This document shows positions 8,524-16,591 of a stretch of DNA of 32,000 nucleotides, piece by piece. A program made the translations under genes and the position numbers. The stretch covers positions 1,027,207 to 1,059,206 of the forward strand of contig NZ_LT606950.1 in assembly GCF_900095195.1 (NCBI RefSeq), in the 5' to 3' direction. The notes beneath the pieces are model-generated. The model worked only from the letters and a program-made list of their open reading frames with translations, made no database searches and was not told where the DNA came from. This stretch comes from Polynucleobacter necessarius. Its GTDB lineage: Bacteria > Pseudomonadota > Gammaproteobacteria > Burkholderiales > Burkholderiaceae. Numbering within the stretch: the first letter of the stretch is position 1; each line of letters opens with the position of its first letter.

Positions 8524-9039
8524 ATGTCCAATACACTAGCTATTTTTGAGCAACATTGTAGGCAAGAGGCAGATACCGCCAAACTTGCCAAACAACTTGC
8601 CGGCAGGATTTCTGGATTTTTAGAGCGTCACCCTCAGGGGCACCTTAATATCTCGCTCATTGGTAATTTGGGGGCAGGTAAAACTACATTTGCCCGCTAT
8701 TTGATTCAGGCCATGGGGCATGAGGGGAAAGTCAAAAGTCCAACGTACACCCTGTGCGAACCCTACTCTATTCAAATGCGATCGAGCTCGGTCACAGCTC
8801 ACCATTTTGATCTTTACCGAATGCGAGACCCGCTCGAATGGCAGGAGGCCGGTTTTGCAGAATATTTTGATGTGCCTGGCTTTTGTTTAATTGAATGGCC
8901 AGAAAAAGCGGAGGGCACTCTTCCGTCTTTTGATCTTCAAATTGAGTTGCTTGCTGGTGCCAATGAAAATGAACGCACGATCACGATCACCGGATTACTC
9001 CGTGATGGGGTAACCGTTTTAAAGAGTCTGAACCAATAA
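8524..9039 (+). CDS. tsaE: tRNA threonylcarbamoyladenosine (t6A) biosynthesis ATPase TsaE
   Basis: Intact 171 aa. It has the P-loop GNLGAGKTTFARYL, ...SPTYTL... and HFDLYR motifs typical of TsaE/YjeE. It is divergent from queG and directly abuts amiC (TAA ATG). Confidence 0.9.
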   Translation: MSNTLAIFEQHCRQEADTAKLAKQLAGRISGFLERHPQGHLNISLIGNLGAGKTTFARYLIQAMGHEGKVKSPTYTLCEPYSIQMRSSSVTAHHFDLYRMRDPLEWQEAGFAEYFDVPGFCLIEWPEKAEGTLPSFDLQIELLAGANENERTITITGLLRDGVTVLKSLNQ

Positions 9040-10374
9040 ATGATCAGCAACAATAAGACCAATCTTGCGAGAAGACGCAATCTTAAGACCTCTGCCAAGC
9101 TGATTAGTTTTGCCCTACTACTGACTGAGGTAGAGATTGCTTGGGGCGCCAAAATTTTAGGCGTACGTGTCTGGCCATCCGAGGATTACACCCGCATCAC
9201 TCTGGAATCCGATACGCCACTTCCGATCAGTCAACAGATATTGACTAACCCAGATCGCTTAGTGGTGGACGTACAATGCTTGGAACAAAATTCCACCCTC
9301 AAAGATTTGGTAGCCAAAGTAAAACCGAACGATCCCTACATCTCTCAAGTGCGCGTGGGTCAATTTCAACCCGGGGTAGTCCGTTTGGTCTTTGACTTAA
9401 AAGAACCAATCAAGCCACAACTTTTTACACTCGATCCCGCTGGCGAATACAACTACCGCATGGTGTTCGATTTATATCCAACCACACCGCCTGACCCCTT
9501 AATGGAATTAGTCAAGAGTAGCGCTCGCAAAGAAGCGGCTTTAGCAAAGCCAAATGAAGAGGTGGATTTAATTGCTCAATTTGCTACTAAAAAAGATATT
9601 CCTAAGCCACCGGTGGCTCAAGCCATTCCGGAAACAAAAGAAGTTCCGGCACCAGCAAAATACAAGCGCCTGATTACGATTGCAATCGATCCTGGTCATG
9701 GCGGTGAGGACCCTGGCGCCATAGGCTCACTGGGATCACGTGAGAAGCACGTTGTCCTCTCGATTGCCAAAAGACTGAAAGATAAGATTGAGAACGAGGC
9801 TTATATGCGCCCGTTTTTAACCAGAGACGGCGATTATTTTGTGCCACTGCATGTTCGGGTACAAAAAGCGCGGCGCGTAGAATCGGATTTGTTTGTCTCC
9901 ATCCATGCAGATGCATTTATTCAGCCGCATGCGAAAGGTGCCTCAGTTTTTGCTCTATCGCAAATGGGCGCTAGTAGCTCGATGGCGCGGTGGATGGCCA
10001 ATAAGGAAAATGCATCGGATTTAATTGGCGGCATCAACATCAAGAACCAAGATCGACAAGTCGCTAACCTATTGCTGGATATGTCTACTACCGCCCAGAT
10101 TAAAAATTCGCTAGTGGCTGGTAATTCAGTCCTCAAGCAAATCGGAGGATTTGCGCCCTTACATAAAGGGAAGGTTGAGCAGGCAAGTTTTGCTGTTTTA
10201 AAGGCCCCCGATATTCCATCCATCCTTGTGGAGACAGCTTTTATTAGCAACCCCCAAGAAGAGGCTAAACTGAATGATGATGGCTACCAAGACCGAATCG
10301 CCGATGCTATTTTGAAGGGGATTAAGGATTATTTTTCCAAAAATCCGCCCGTGGCCCGCAGAATGAATTCATAA
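9040..10374 (+). CDS. amiC: N-acetylmuramoyl-L-alanine amidase (AmiC-type, AMIN domain plus Amidase_3)
   Basis: Intact 444 aa. It has a twin-arginine-like leader (ARRRNLKTSAKL), an AMIN domain (ILGVRVWPSEDYTRITLESD), a Pro-rich linker and a catalytic domain (ITIAIDPGHGGEDPGAIG ... SIHADAF ... LVETAFISNPQEE). Confidence 0.9.
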   Translation: MISNNKTNLARRRNLKTSAKLISFALLLTEVEIAWGAKILGVRVWPSEDYTRITLESDTPLPISQQILTNPDRLVVDVQCLEQNSTLKDLVAKVKPNDPYISQVRVGQFQPGVVRLVFDLKEPIKPQLFTLDPAGEYNYRMVFDLYPTTPPDPLMELVKSSARKEAALAKPNEEVDLIAQFATKKDIPKPPVAQAIPETKEVPAPAKYKRLITIAIDPGHGGEDPGAIGSLGSREKHVVLSIAKRLKDKIENEAYMRPFLTRDGDYFVPLHVRVQKARRVESDLFVSIHADAFIQPHAKGASVFALSQMGASSSMARWMANKENASDLIGGINIKNQDRQVANLLLDMSTTAQIKNSLVAGNSVLKQIGGFAPLHKGKVEQASFAVLKAPDIPSILVETAFISNPQEEAKLNDDGYQDRIADAILKGIKDYFSKNPPVARRMNS

Positions 10375-10439
10375 ACAAGTCGCAACTACAAGGACTTATG
10401 GGCAGCCCCCATAGACTGAGAGATTGCCCACCAAGTTCT

Positions 10440-10448
10440 TGCTATAAT
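10440..10448 (+). promoter_or_regulatory. Extended -10 promoter element for tRNA-Lys
   Basis: TGcTATAAT at 10440-10448 lies 13 nt upstream of the mature tRNA 5' end. I see no good -35 at 17-bp spacing, which is compatible with an extended -10 promoter. Confidence 0.45.
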
Positions 10449-10461
10449 CTATGGCTTAACT

Positions 10462-10537
10462 GGGTCGGTAGCTCAGTCGGTAGAGCAGCGGACTTTTAAT
10501 CCGTTGGTCGCGAGTTCGAATCTCGCCCGACCCACCA
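10462..10537 (+). tRNA. tRNA-Lys (anticodon UUU), CCA encoded
   Basis: The manual cloverleaf is: acceptor GGGTCGG/CCGACCC, D arm GCTC-AGTCGGT-AGAGC, anticodon stem GCGGA/TCCGT with loop CTTTTAA, variable TGGTC, T arm GCGAG-TTCGAAT-CTCGC, then A-CCA. Length 76 nt. Confidence 0.95.
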
Positions 10538-10545
10538 GTTATACA

Positions 10546-10575
10546 AAAGCCACCCTTAAGGTGGCTTTTTCTTTT
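10546..10575. terminator. Bidirectional rho-independent terminator (tRNA-Lys / convergent hydrolase remnant)
   Basis: AAAGCCACC-cttaa-GGTGGCTTT hairpin flanked by an A-run upstream and TTTTTCTTTTT downstream. Confidence 0.7.
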
Positions 10576-11580
10576 TCAATGAGGTACTTGAAAAGTATCG
10601 AGTAAACCATTTTTTCTTTAGCCAAGCTTCAATCAAGTCAGCTATCAGAATATTATTTCGGTCCATCATCATCAGCATATGGGAATTACCTTTAATTCCA
10701 ACGTCGGGCAAATTAATCACATCCACACTATCACCAGCCTCAATATATTTTTGATTCAAGTCAAGTTGGGTTTTGCGAATATTAGGCCAACGAGAATCTT
10801 GATCTATGTAGTCACCATATATTGTCAATATAGGTGTATTTTTTAGAGCAGCAGCCTTAGCTGGATCACCAAAACCAGCAGGTTCAACCAAAATTAGCGC
10901 CTTTACCTTATCCGGTCTAGCTTGCGCAACCTTCTGTCCAAATTGACCAGTCTGACTATGCACCAAAACCACACAAGGGCAAACTCGATCAACGAGCTCA
11001 GTACAGTATATGCAGCAATCGTTGCAGCGTCTGTAGTAGTCCATCGAGGCACAACCTGCTTCATAAAGTTCTGGTAACCTTCCGCAGGAAACAAGCTTCC
11101 AGGAAATTGGGTGCGCTTAGAGGCATCATTACTCCAATTGCCGGCCCCCATGCGAAATCGGCCCCAAGGATTCTCAACTGTTAAAAATTGTGGCTCAGAC
11201 GGCCAAATATCAGGGGAAGCTCAGCCTAAGCGTCCACGCTCAACCGCATCAGATACATAAGTTTTCCACCCTTTACGAATGAAGTAGTTCTGCCAACCCT
11301 CTCTACCATCAGGCGTGGTTTCATAAGTAACGCCAGTCAAGCCACCAGCATGCCAAAGCATAATAGGCAATTTTCCCTTAACGTCCCTCGGAATAAAGTA
11401 CTGCACATACATTTGCTCAACTAAATAATTACCATTGGGATCAATTTTTGCAGGGGCACTTCCAGGACTAAAAACAACTTCTTTAATCGGGCGACCTGAG
11501 ATCTCCACTAAGCAACCTCCAACATGAAAGGATCCCATATCCACCACATTGAGTGGCGGCAACTTAGATTGCGCGATTAG
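10556..11580 (-). pseudogene. Alpha/beta-fold hydrolase (esterase-like), frameshifted and lacking its own start
   Basis: Three minus-strand frames read colinearly. First: ...VDMGSFHVGGCLVEISGRPIKE...KLPIMLWHAGGLTGVTYETTPDGREGWQNYFIRKGWKTYVSDAVERGR. Second: MGAGNWSNDASKRTQFPG...FMKQVVPRW. Third: VVLVHSQTGQFG (nucleophile-elbow-like) ...KALILVEPAGFG...GNSHMLMMMDRNN. The N-terminus is fused in frame to efflux-gene remnants. An A-run indel near 10605-10612 shifts the C-terminus. Confidence 0.7.
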
Positions 11581-12340
11581 CAGCTTGGTCGGCCAGCTGG
11601 CTAGCACTTTTGCTTTTAAGCATGCCAACTGGGATTGTGTTAATTCTGTTGAAGTAATCTTGGCTAATACATCACCCTGCTTCACGACCTGACCGCCCTT
11701 AAAATCCCAAATAGGAATACTTATCTGCAATCCATACAAACGATCGGTAAAGTTCGGGTCATTGTATTGAGAAACTTTAAAAGCCAATTTCGGTAAACGA
11801 GAATTTTTCTCAAAACTTAATTTTGACTCACTCGCCTCAACATCAGCTTTTGCTTTTTGCAATTCAGGGCTTTGTGCTTGTAATTCACCCAATAAGATAT
11901 TTAATAGTGGTAAGTTTTCAACTTTAGGTTGCTCATGCACAACGCTAAAATTATCTGGCAGTGCATGTCCAACCACCTGACGCAATCCGTTGCGAGCCTG
12001 CTCTACTCTCAGCTTTCCAGATTCCGAGGCAATTTGAGCATTCAGAAATTCGGTTTGAGCACGAATCAGTTCAAACCGCGCAGTCTCACCAACGTCATAA
12101 CGTAATTGCATACGATCCCGAATCTGTTTTGTAAGGTTAAGATCCTCATCGGCAGCTTTAGACTCAGCTTCGCATCGCATGAGCTCATAAAACGCTGCTG
12201 CACTTTAGAAATAACCTCGATTTCAAAAGCAATGCGAGTTGTTTCTGCCGAACGGTAATTGGCCTCGGCAGCGTTTACTCGTGGGAAACGGGTATATATT
12301 AACCCGCTGTTCTTCTTGCTCACATTTACCGAAGTGAAGC
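11581..12340 (-). pseudogene. Remnants of an RND-type efflux operon: TolC/CzcC-family outer membrane factor (middle part) fused to a short HlyD/MFP adaptor fragment
   Basis: The OMF-like coiled-coil repeats are ...PRVNAAEANYRSAETTRIAFEIEVISKVQQRF / YELMRCEAESKAADEDLNLTKQIRDRMQLRYDVGETARFELIRAQTEFLNA...LPLLNILLGELQAQSPELQKAKADVEASESKLSFEKNSRLPKLAF...GLQISIPIWDF. There is a 1-nt frameshift in a T run near 12185-12190. This is followed directly by GGQVVKQGDVLAKITSTELTQSQL, a lipoyl-like motif of membrane fusion proteins. Both ends of the OMF and nearly all of the MFP are missing. Confidence 0.65.
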
Positions 12341-12410
12341 CTTGGATCAATCGTATTGCGATTTTTATGGGATGCATCTTTGGCCCGATCTTCTTTGTGA
12401 TTGATCGTGA

Positions 12411-12994
12411 GGTAATGACCAATTCACCTTTGAGATATTCAATAACAATGCTTTTACCGTTTGCATCATGCAATGTCATCCGCACTGGTGCGGATTGATT
12501 ACGGAATGCTGGAATAATGGAGCGATTCACCATAATCTTCGGAAAAGCCGCCTTCACTTCATCAACAGTAGAAAAATTAGTGAGAGCATAAGTCAACATT
12601 TGCACTGAGGCGATGCTCTTGGCAGAGTCACCTGGGGGCACCGCTTGATATACAGCAGTATTTTGGGCATTTAACAATCCCCCAACCAAGCCTTTCTCAT
12701 TCATACCATCAACCAACACTGGCAAACCAAGGCCATTCATGCCTGCCGTTGCGTATTTGGTAGTCTAATTAAGACCGGTTCCAAGCTTGCTGTCTACACC
12801 CACACCAAACATCGCAGTATTTTTTGGAATTACTGTAACTTGGGATTTCAGAGGCAAGCCGAACTCCATAGTACGGCCATATACGTATCCACCATCATTT
12901 CCTTTAATCAAAAAAAACTGGTACAGGCATTACCAGCCATTGGAATAAACGCGATCGATGTTGCTAACGATGTAGCGATGATTTTCTTAAGCAT
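12411..12994 (-). pseudogene. Choloylglycine hydrolase family (linear amide C-N hydrolase, Ntn-type), N-terminal two-thirds with lesions
   Basis: ATG at 12994-12992, then a signal peptide MLKKIIATSLATSIAFIPMAGNA and the nucleophile Cys (CTSFF). A T8 run (12910-12917) breaks the frame; with T9 it would read CTSFFLIKGNDGGYVYGRTMEFGLPL. An in-frame TAG at 12765-12767 sits where family members have Trp (..LN*TTKYATAG). The hallmark VDGMNEKGLVGG is present. Similarity stops after ...SIVIEYLKGELVI (about 12411). Confidence 0.75.
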
Positions 12995-13094
12995 ACTTAT
13001 TTCCTTTTAAATACAGTTTGAGTAATAGCGGCTTCTTTAGTTCAAATCTTAAGGCCGGATCGATAAATAATTTGCAAGCAACGGCACAACAAAG

Positions 13095-13127
13095 TTAATA
13101 AGGCATTCCAAAAGAATGCCTTATTAA
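13095..13127. other. Perfect 14-bp stem-loop (terminator-like) in a spacer
   Basis: TTAATAAGGCATTC-caaaa-GAATGCCTTATTAA. There is no clean U-run on either side. It lies about 75 nt downstream of a start-less minus-strand open frame that ends at 13202. Confidence 0.4.
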
Positions 13128-13494
13128 AATTTATCTGCTTCGATTTCATTTGCATTACGTTTATCTCTAAATCGAGCAGATTGTTACAACTTATGTATTC
13201 GTTATTTAAGTACAACCAGAGTAACTGTCGCGCGAGCGCCCCAGCCTGATGGACCACCCAGTGTATTGCTGACGTAGTAAATCGGGCCCGCACCAAATGA
13301 AATCGGCACGCCATCAAACACCATTAACTTCGATACACCCGCATAAAGAGCTATGGGAATCACTGCACTGATTCTTTTTCTATTATTTGGAATTACGGCA
13401 GTTTTGCAAACTGTGTTTCCGGAGTACTCAAACTTCTAACAAATCCGAGATAAGACGCCAAGCCTGGGTCTTATCCGCGCGATTAATGTTTATC

Positions 13495-14182
13495 ACTCAA
13501 TCCAAGTGGTAAATTCCTCCGCCCAAACACGTGGAGTGCGGAAGGTATTCACGATATCGCTTTGATCAGCATGTCCGAGCGCCATACCGCATACCAGCAT
13601 CTCATTCTCTTGAGCGCCAATAAACGGCAAGATGATTTTTGAGTAATTATTCTAGGCGGCTTGCGGACAAGTATCAAGACCCTCACCCCTCGCGGCAATC
13701 ATGAAGTTTTGCAGAAACATACCGTAATCGAGCAGCGAACCTCTGCCAAGCTCTTTATCAATAGTAAAAAAGATTCCTACAGGGGCGCCAAAGAATTCAA
13801 AGTTCTTGCGGTGTTGGGCATGCATCTTATCTTTATCGCTCTTAGTGATACCAAGCAGTCCATAGAGGCCCCAACCGTTTTCACGACGGCGATCAATATA
13901 GGGGCTAAACCATTTGCTAGGATAGTAGTCATAGCCCGCCGGAAACTCTTTTTCTAACTCTGGATTCTTTGCGATGGCATCGTAAGCATCACAGACTTGA
14001 CTGCACAAATCGCGCAACCTTTCCCCCTCGAGTACATATGCTTTCCATGGTTGCGTATTGGTACCTGACGGCGCTCTAGCAGAGAGATTGAGTAATTTCA
14101 AAACCGTCTCTCGGGAAACGGGTTCTTTGGTAAATGCTCGCACGGACATTCTGGATTCAATGGCTTTGGCAACAGAATTCAT
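13495..14182 (-). pseudogene. Nitroreductase-family protein interrupted by a single in-frame TAG
   Basis: 176 aa (MNSVAKAIESRMSVRAFTKEPVSRE...SGTNTQPWKAYVL...) end at TAG 13652-13654. The same frame continues without a shift as NNYSKIILPFIGAQENEMLVCGMALGHADQSDIVNTFRTPRVWAEEFTTWIE* to TGA 13495-13497. The context ...CPQAA*NNY suggests an original Trp codon. Confidence 0.7.
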
Positions 14183-14277
14183 TTCTTCCCCAATTCATCT
14201 TCATTTTGCTTCGATCGTAGTGCTATTCAGATGTGATATTTTGACTCAACCCAATTGCATAACTTTTTATCGTCATC

Positions 14278-15203
14278 ATGATCAATATTAGTAGACCCCG
14301 CCGCTCTGTTCTTTATATTCCTGGCGCCAATACACGCGCCTTGGAGAAAGCCAAGACATTGGCAGCAGATTCGCTGAATCTGGATCTTGAGGATCCAGTT
14401 TCTCCAGATACTAAAGTTGCGGCCAGACAAAATATCCTGGCAGCACTAGAGGGCGGCTTTGGTCACCGTGAAGCAGTGGTTCGGATTAACAGCCTCAATA
14501 CCCCATAAGGCATCGACGACCCCAAAACATTTCCAACAGCAAAGCGGATGCCATCGTTCTACCTAAAGTGGAGTCTGCGGGACAGATTCAGAAAGTTGCG
14601 CAGACACTTCAAGATCTTAATGCTCGACCTGACTTGACGATTTGGGCGATGATCGAAACACCTAAAGCGATATTCAAGCTTCCCGAGATTGCCAATGGAC
14701 ATCCATTGCTTGAAGCGCTAGTTTTAGGAACGTCCGATCTTGTCAAAAACCTTCATGCAAGACACACGCCTAACCGAGTTGAAACACAAACCGCTTTGTC
14801 ACTTTCCATACTAGCAGCCCGTGCGTTTGGACTTTGTGTTTTAGATGGCGTTCGCTTGTCCTTAAATGATGAAGTGGGATTACGCCAGTCCTCCATTCAG
14901 GGGCGGGATATGGGCTTTGATGGCAGAACACTCATCCACCCCAATCAGATTGCTATCGCCAATGAAACCTTTGGACCATCTCCCGCAGAAATAACTGAGG
15001 CTCAAGCACGCATCACAGCCTATGAGGAGGCAATTAAGTCGGGAGCAGGAATTGCAGTACTCGATGGCAAACTGATCGAAGAACTGCATATTCAAGATGC
15101 CAAACGTATTCTTGCTTTAGCGACGACTATTGCATCTTTTAGCAATGGTCCAGAATATTTCCTGACTAACGCACTAGTTAGGTGCGTTTTCAAGAACCAT
15201 TAA
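14278..15203 (+). pseudogene. HpcH/HpaI aldolase / citrate lyase beta (CitE)-like acyl-CoA lyase, disrupted
   Basis: The N-terminal part RRSVLYIPGANTRALEKAKTLAADSLNLDLEDPVSP...VVRINSLNTP ends at TAA 14506-14508, where family members have Trp. Downstream, ...ADAIVLPKVESAGQI...WAMIETPKAI...LGTSDL...RTLIHPNQI is in a different frame, with the frameshift between about 14520 and 14550. Confidence 0.75.
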
Positions 15204-15330
15204 GCCGACATCCTGCGGAGTTATGGGTGCCCTCACATCCAAGTCATTTTTTAACACTCAATTGGTGCATTCCATATTCTTGTTTGTGATATGCATATCG
15301 AGATGCTCGTCACCAATTCTATGGTGGGGC

Positions 15331-15549
15331 ATGCATATAAAAATTACTAAAAGTTTGGTTCTAAGCGGCCAACTTCACAGTCTGGAGACTATTCCGGAAA
15401 CCCTGTTTCCGGAGGGGGAGTACTTGGCCAACCTGACGCCTGACGGCAAGATTGAAGTAATTAATACCAAGCCCATTAAAGCGCTATTTTCATTTTCCCA
15501 ATTTCGGGAAAAGATTTCACAAGGCGACTTTATCGTCGTTGAGGCCTAA
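15331..15549 (+). CDS. Hypothetical small protein (about 72 aa from the internal ATG; start uncertain)
   Basis: The open frame is 15223-15549. The upstream 36 codons look non-genic, and the first plausible start is ATG 15331, which lacks a well-spaced SD. No family recognised. Confidence 0.25.
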   Translation: MHIKITKSLVLSGQLHSLETIPETLFPEGEYLANLTPDGKIEVINTKPIKALFSFSQFREKISQGDFIVVEA

Positions 15550-15562
15550 TAATGAAGCAGGC

Positions 15563-15775
15563 TTAGTGATCTAAGTGAGCCCATTTACTCTGTTGCAAGC
15601 GATATTTACAGTCCTGCGCATGATTTTCAAGTAGGCCAAAAATCACCGTGGTTGGAATTTTGCAATGCTTACAACGATAAGCATGTTGCTGCTCTTCTAT
15701 TTTTTCTTGCGGGTAATCAACATAGAACGCCTTCACGATTCGCTCCTGTTCGTTGGACTTCTTGAAAGCATACAA
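15563..15775 (-). CDS. Hypothetical small protein (70 aa, CxxC-containing)
   Basis: Intact ORF convergent with the previous one. It contains CKHC plus a distal Cys/His (HAQDC). No family recognised. Confidence 0.3.
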   Translation of the reverse strand: MYAFKKSNEQERIVKAFYVDYPQEKIEEQQHAYRCKHCKIPTTVIFGLLENHAQDCKYRLQQSKWAHLDH

Positions 15776-15912
15776 AATATCTTACACCTCTGCCTACCGA
15801 ATTCTCGTGATCCCTCTAAGTAAAAGTGCGGATAGGTTTTATTCGAAATCGAATTAGCCTGGTCAGGCTATTTAGGGTGTATGCCCCACATTATTCGTAC
15901 AAGGCTAAAATT

Positions 15913-16558
15913 ATGATCTGGTTCGGTTTGGCAGTTGCTATCTTTTGCATAGCACTTTATTACAGCCCTCCTCAGATTTTTACCCAACATCCCCTGTCGA
16001 TTTTTGCTCCTGCAGTCATTCTATTTTTGGCTATAGCTTGGAATATTTCACCAACATGACCTGGGCAAGCATCTGGAAAATTTTATGGCTTAATCTTCCA
16101 TTTTTATGGCACATCCTTATTAACTGCAATGTTTTGTCCAGCAATTGCGTTAACGATATTATTTCCAGTGGCATTTCTTGGTATCTATGTCATACAGGGG
16201 GGATATATAGATGCCCCATCAACATTATTTAATGGTGTGCGTTTTACCAACCGTATTTGCCTATCTCACCATTAAGCTCATCCAAAAATATGTTCCCAAA
16301 CATCTTCTTGTACTAATCTTGGGCAATGGTTACGTTGCCGCCTTTCTGAGCGTGATCCTGTCTGGCACGCTACTGTTGATTCTAAAAACGGTCTTTGGCG
16401 ATGACGCAAATCATATCGATATCGAAGGCTGGACCTTAGGACTCATCATCATTGCGTTCATGGAAGGGTCACTATCTGGAATGCTACTGGCAATCTTCCT
16501 AATTTATAGACCAAACTGGGTCTCAACCTATAACGAAGAAGCCTATATGAGTCGATAA
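15913..16558 (+). pseudogene. Energy-coupling-factor/CbiM-like polytopic membrane protein, frameshifted
   Basis: Three frames read colinearly. First: MIWFGLAVAIFCIALYY...LFLAIAWNIS. Second: (IFHFYGTSLLTAMFCPAIALTILFPVAFLGIYVIQGGYIDAPSTLFNGV), seen in a frame not listed in the track. Third: LPTVFAYLTIKLIQKYVPKHLLVLILGNGYVAAFLS...AFMEGSLSGMLLAIFLIYRPNWVSTYNEEAYMSR. The HxxGxxLLTxMFGP-like and YRPxWVxT(F/Y) motifs resemble Burkholderiales proteins annotated as ECF transporter permease. Family recall is unverified. Confidence 0.5.
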
Positions 16559-16591
16559 TAGGGTATTACTAACGCTGGAGTCACCAAGCCC

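Noticed and set aside
11221-12180. The 319-aa ORF as a bona fide multi-domain protein.
   Set aside because: The domain order (OMF middle, then an MFP scrap, then an esterase lacking its N-terminus) makes no structural sense. There is no signal peptide or proper start context, and the flanking frames continue each remnant. It is a deletion-fusion artefact.
7381-12340. A possible 5-kb inversion (queG-tsaE-amiC-tRNA-hydrolase block) splitting a single czcC/tolC-like gene into the + strand fragment at 6924-7380 and the - strand fragment at about 12340-11700.
   Set aside because: Both fragments contain the same homologous segment (...P-R-V...coiled-coil...(F/L)YE(L/Y)...), so they overlap in alignment space rather than abutting. 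Two paralogous remnants is the simpler reading. An alignment to an intact orthologue would still be worth running.
13042-13317. Tracked 91-aa minus-strand ORF in the spacer.
   Set aside because: It has no SD and low-complexity, Cys/Leu-rich content, and it overlaps the 14-bp hairpin. A different frame in the same region looks more protein-like. It was not called as a gene.
15394-15412. An 8-bp inverted repeat CCGGAAAC-cct-GTTTCCGG that could be an operator site.
   Set aside because: It lies inside the small ORF 15331-15549 (coding IPETLFPEG). It occurs only once as a palindrome, and no regulator or promoter context is visible. That is insufficient to call.
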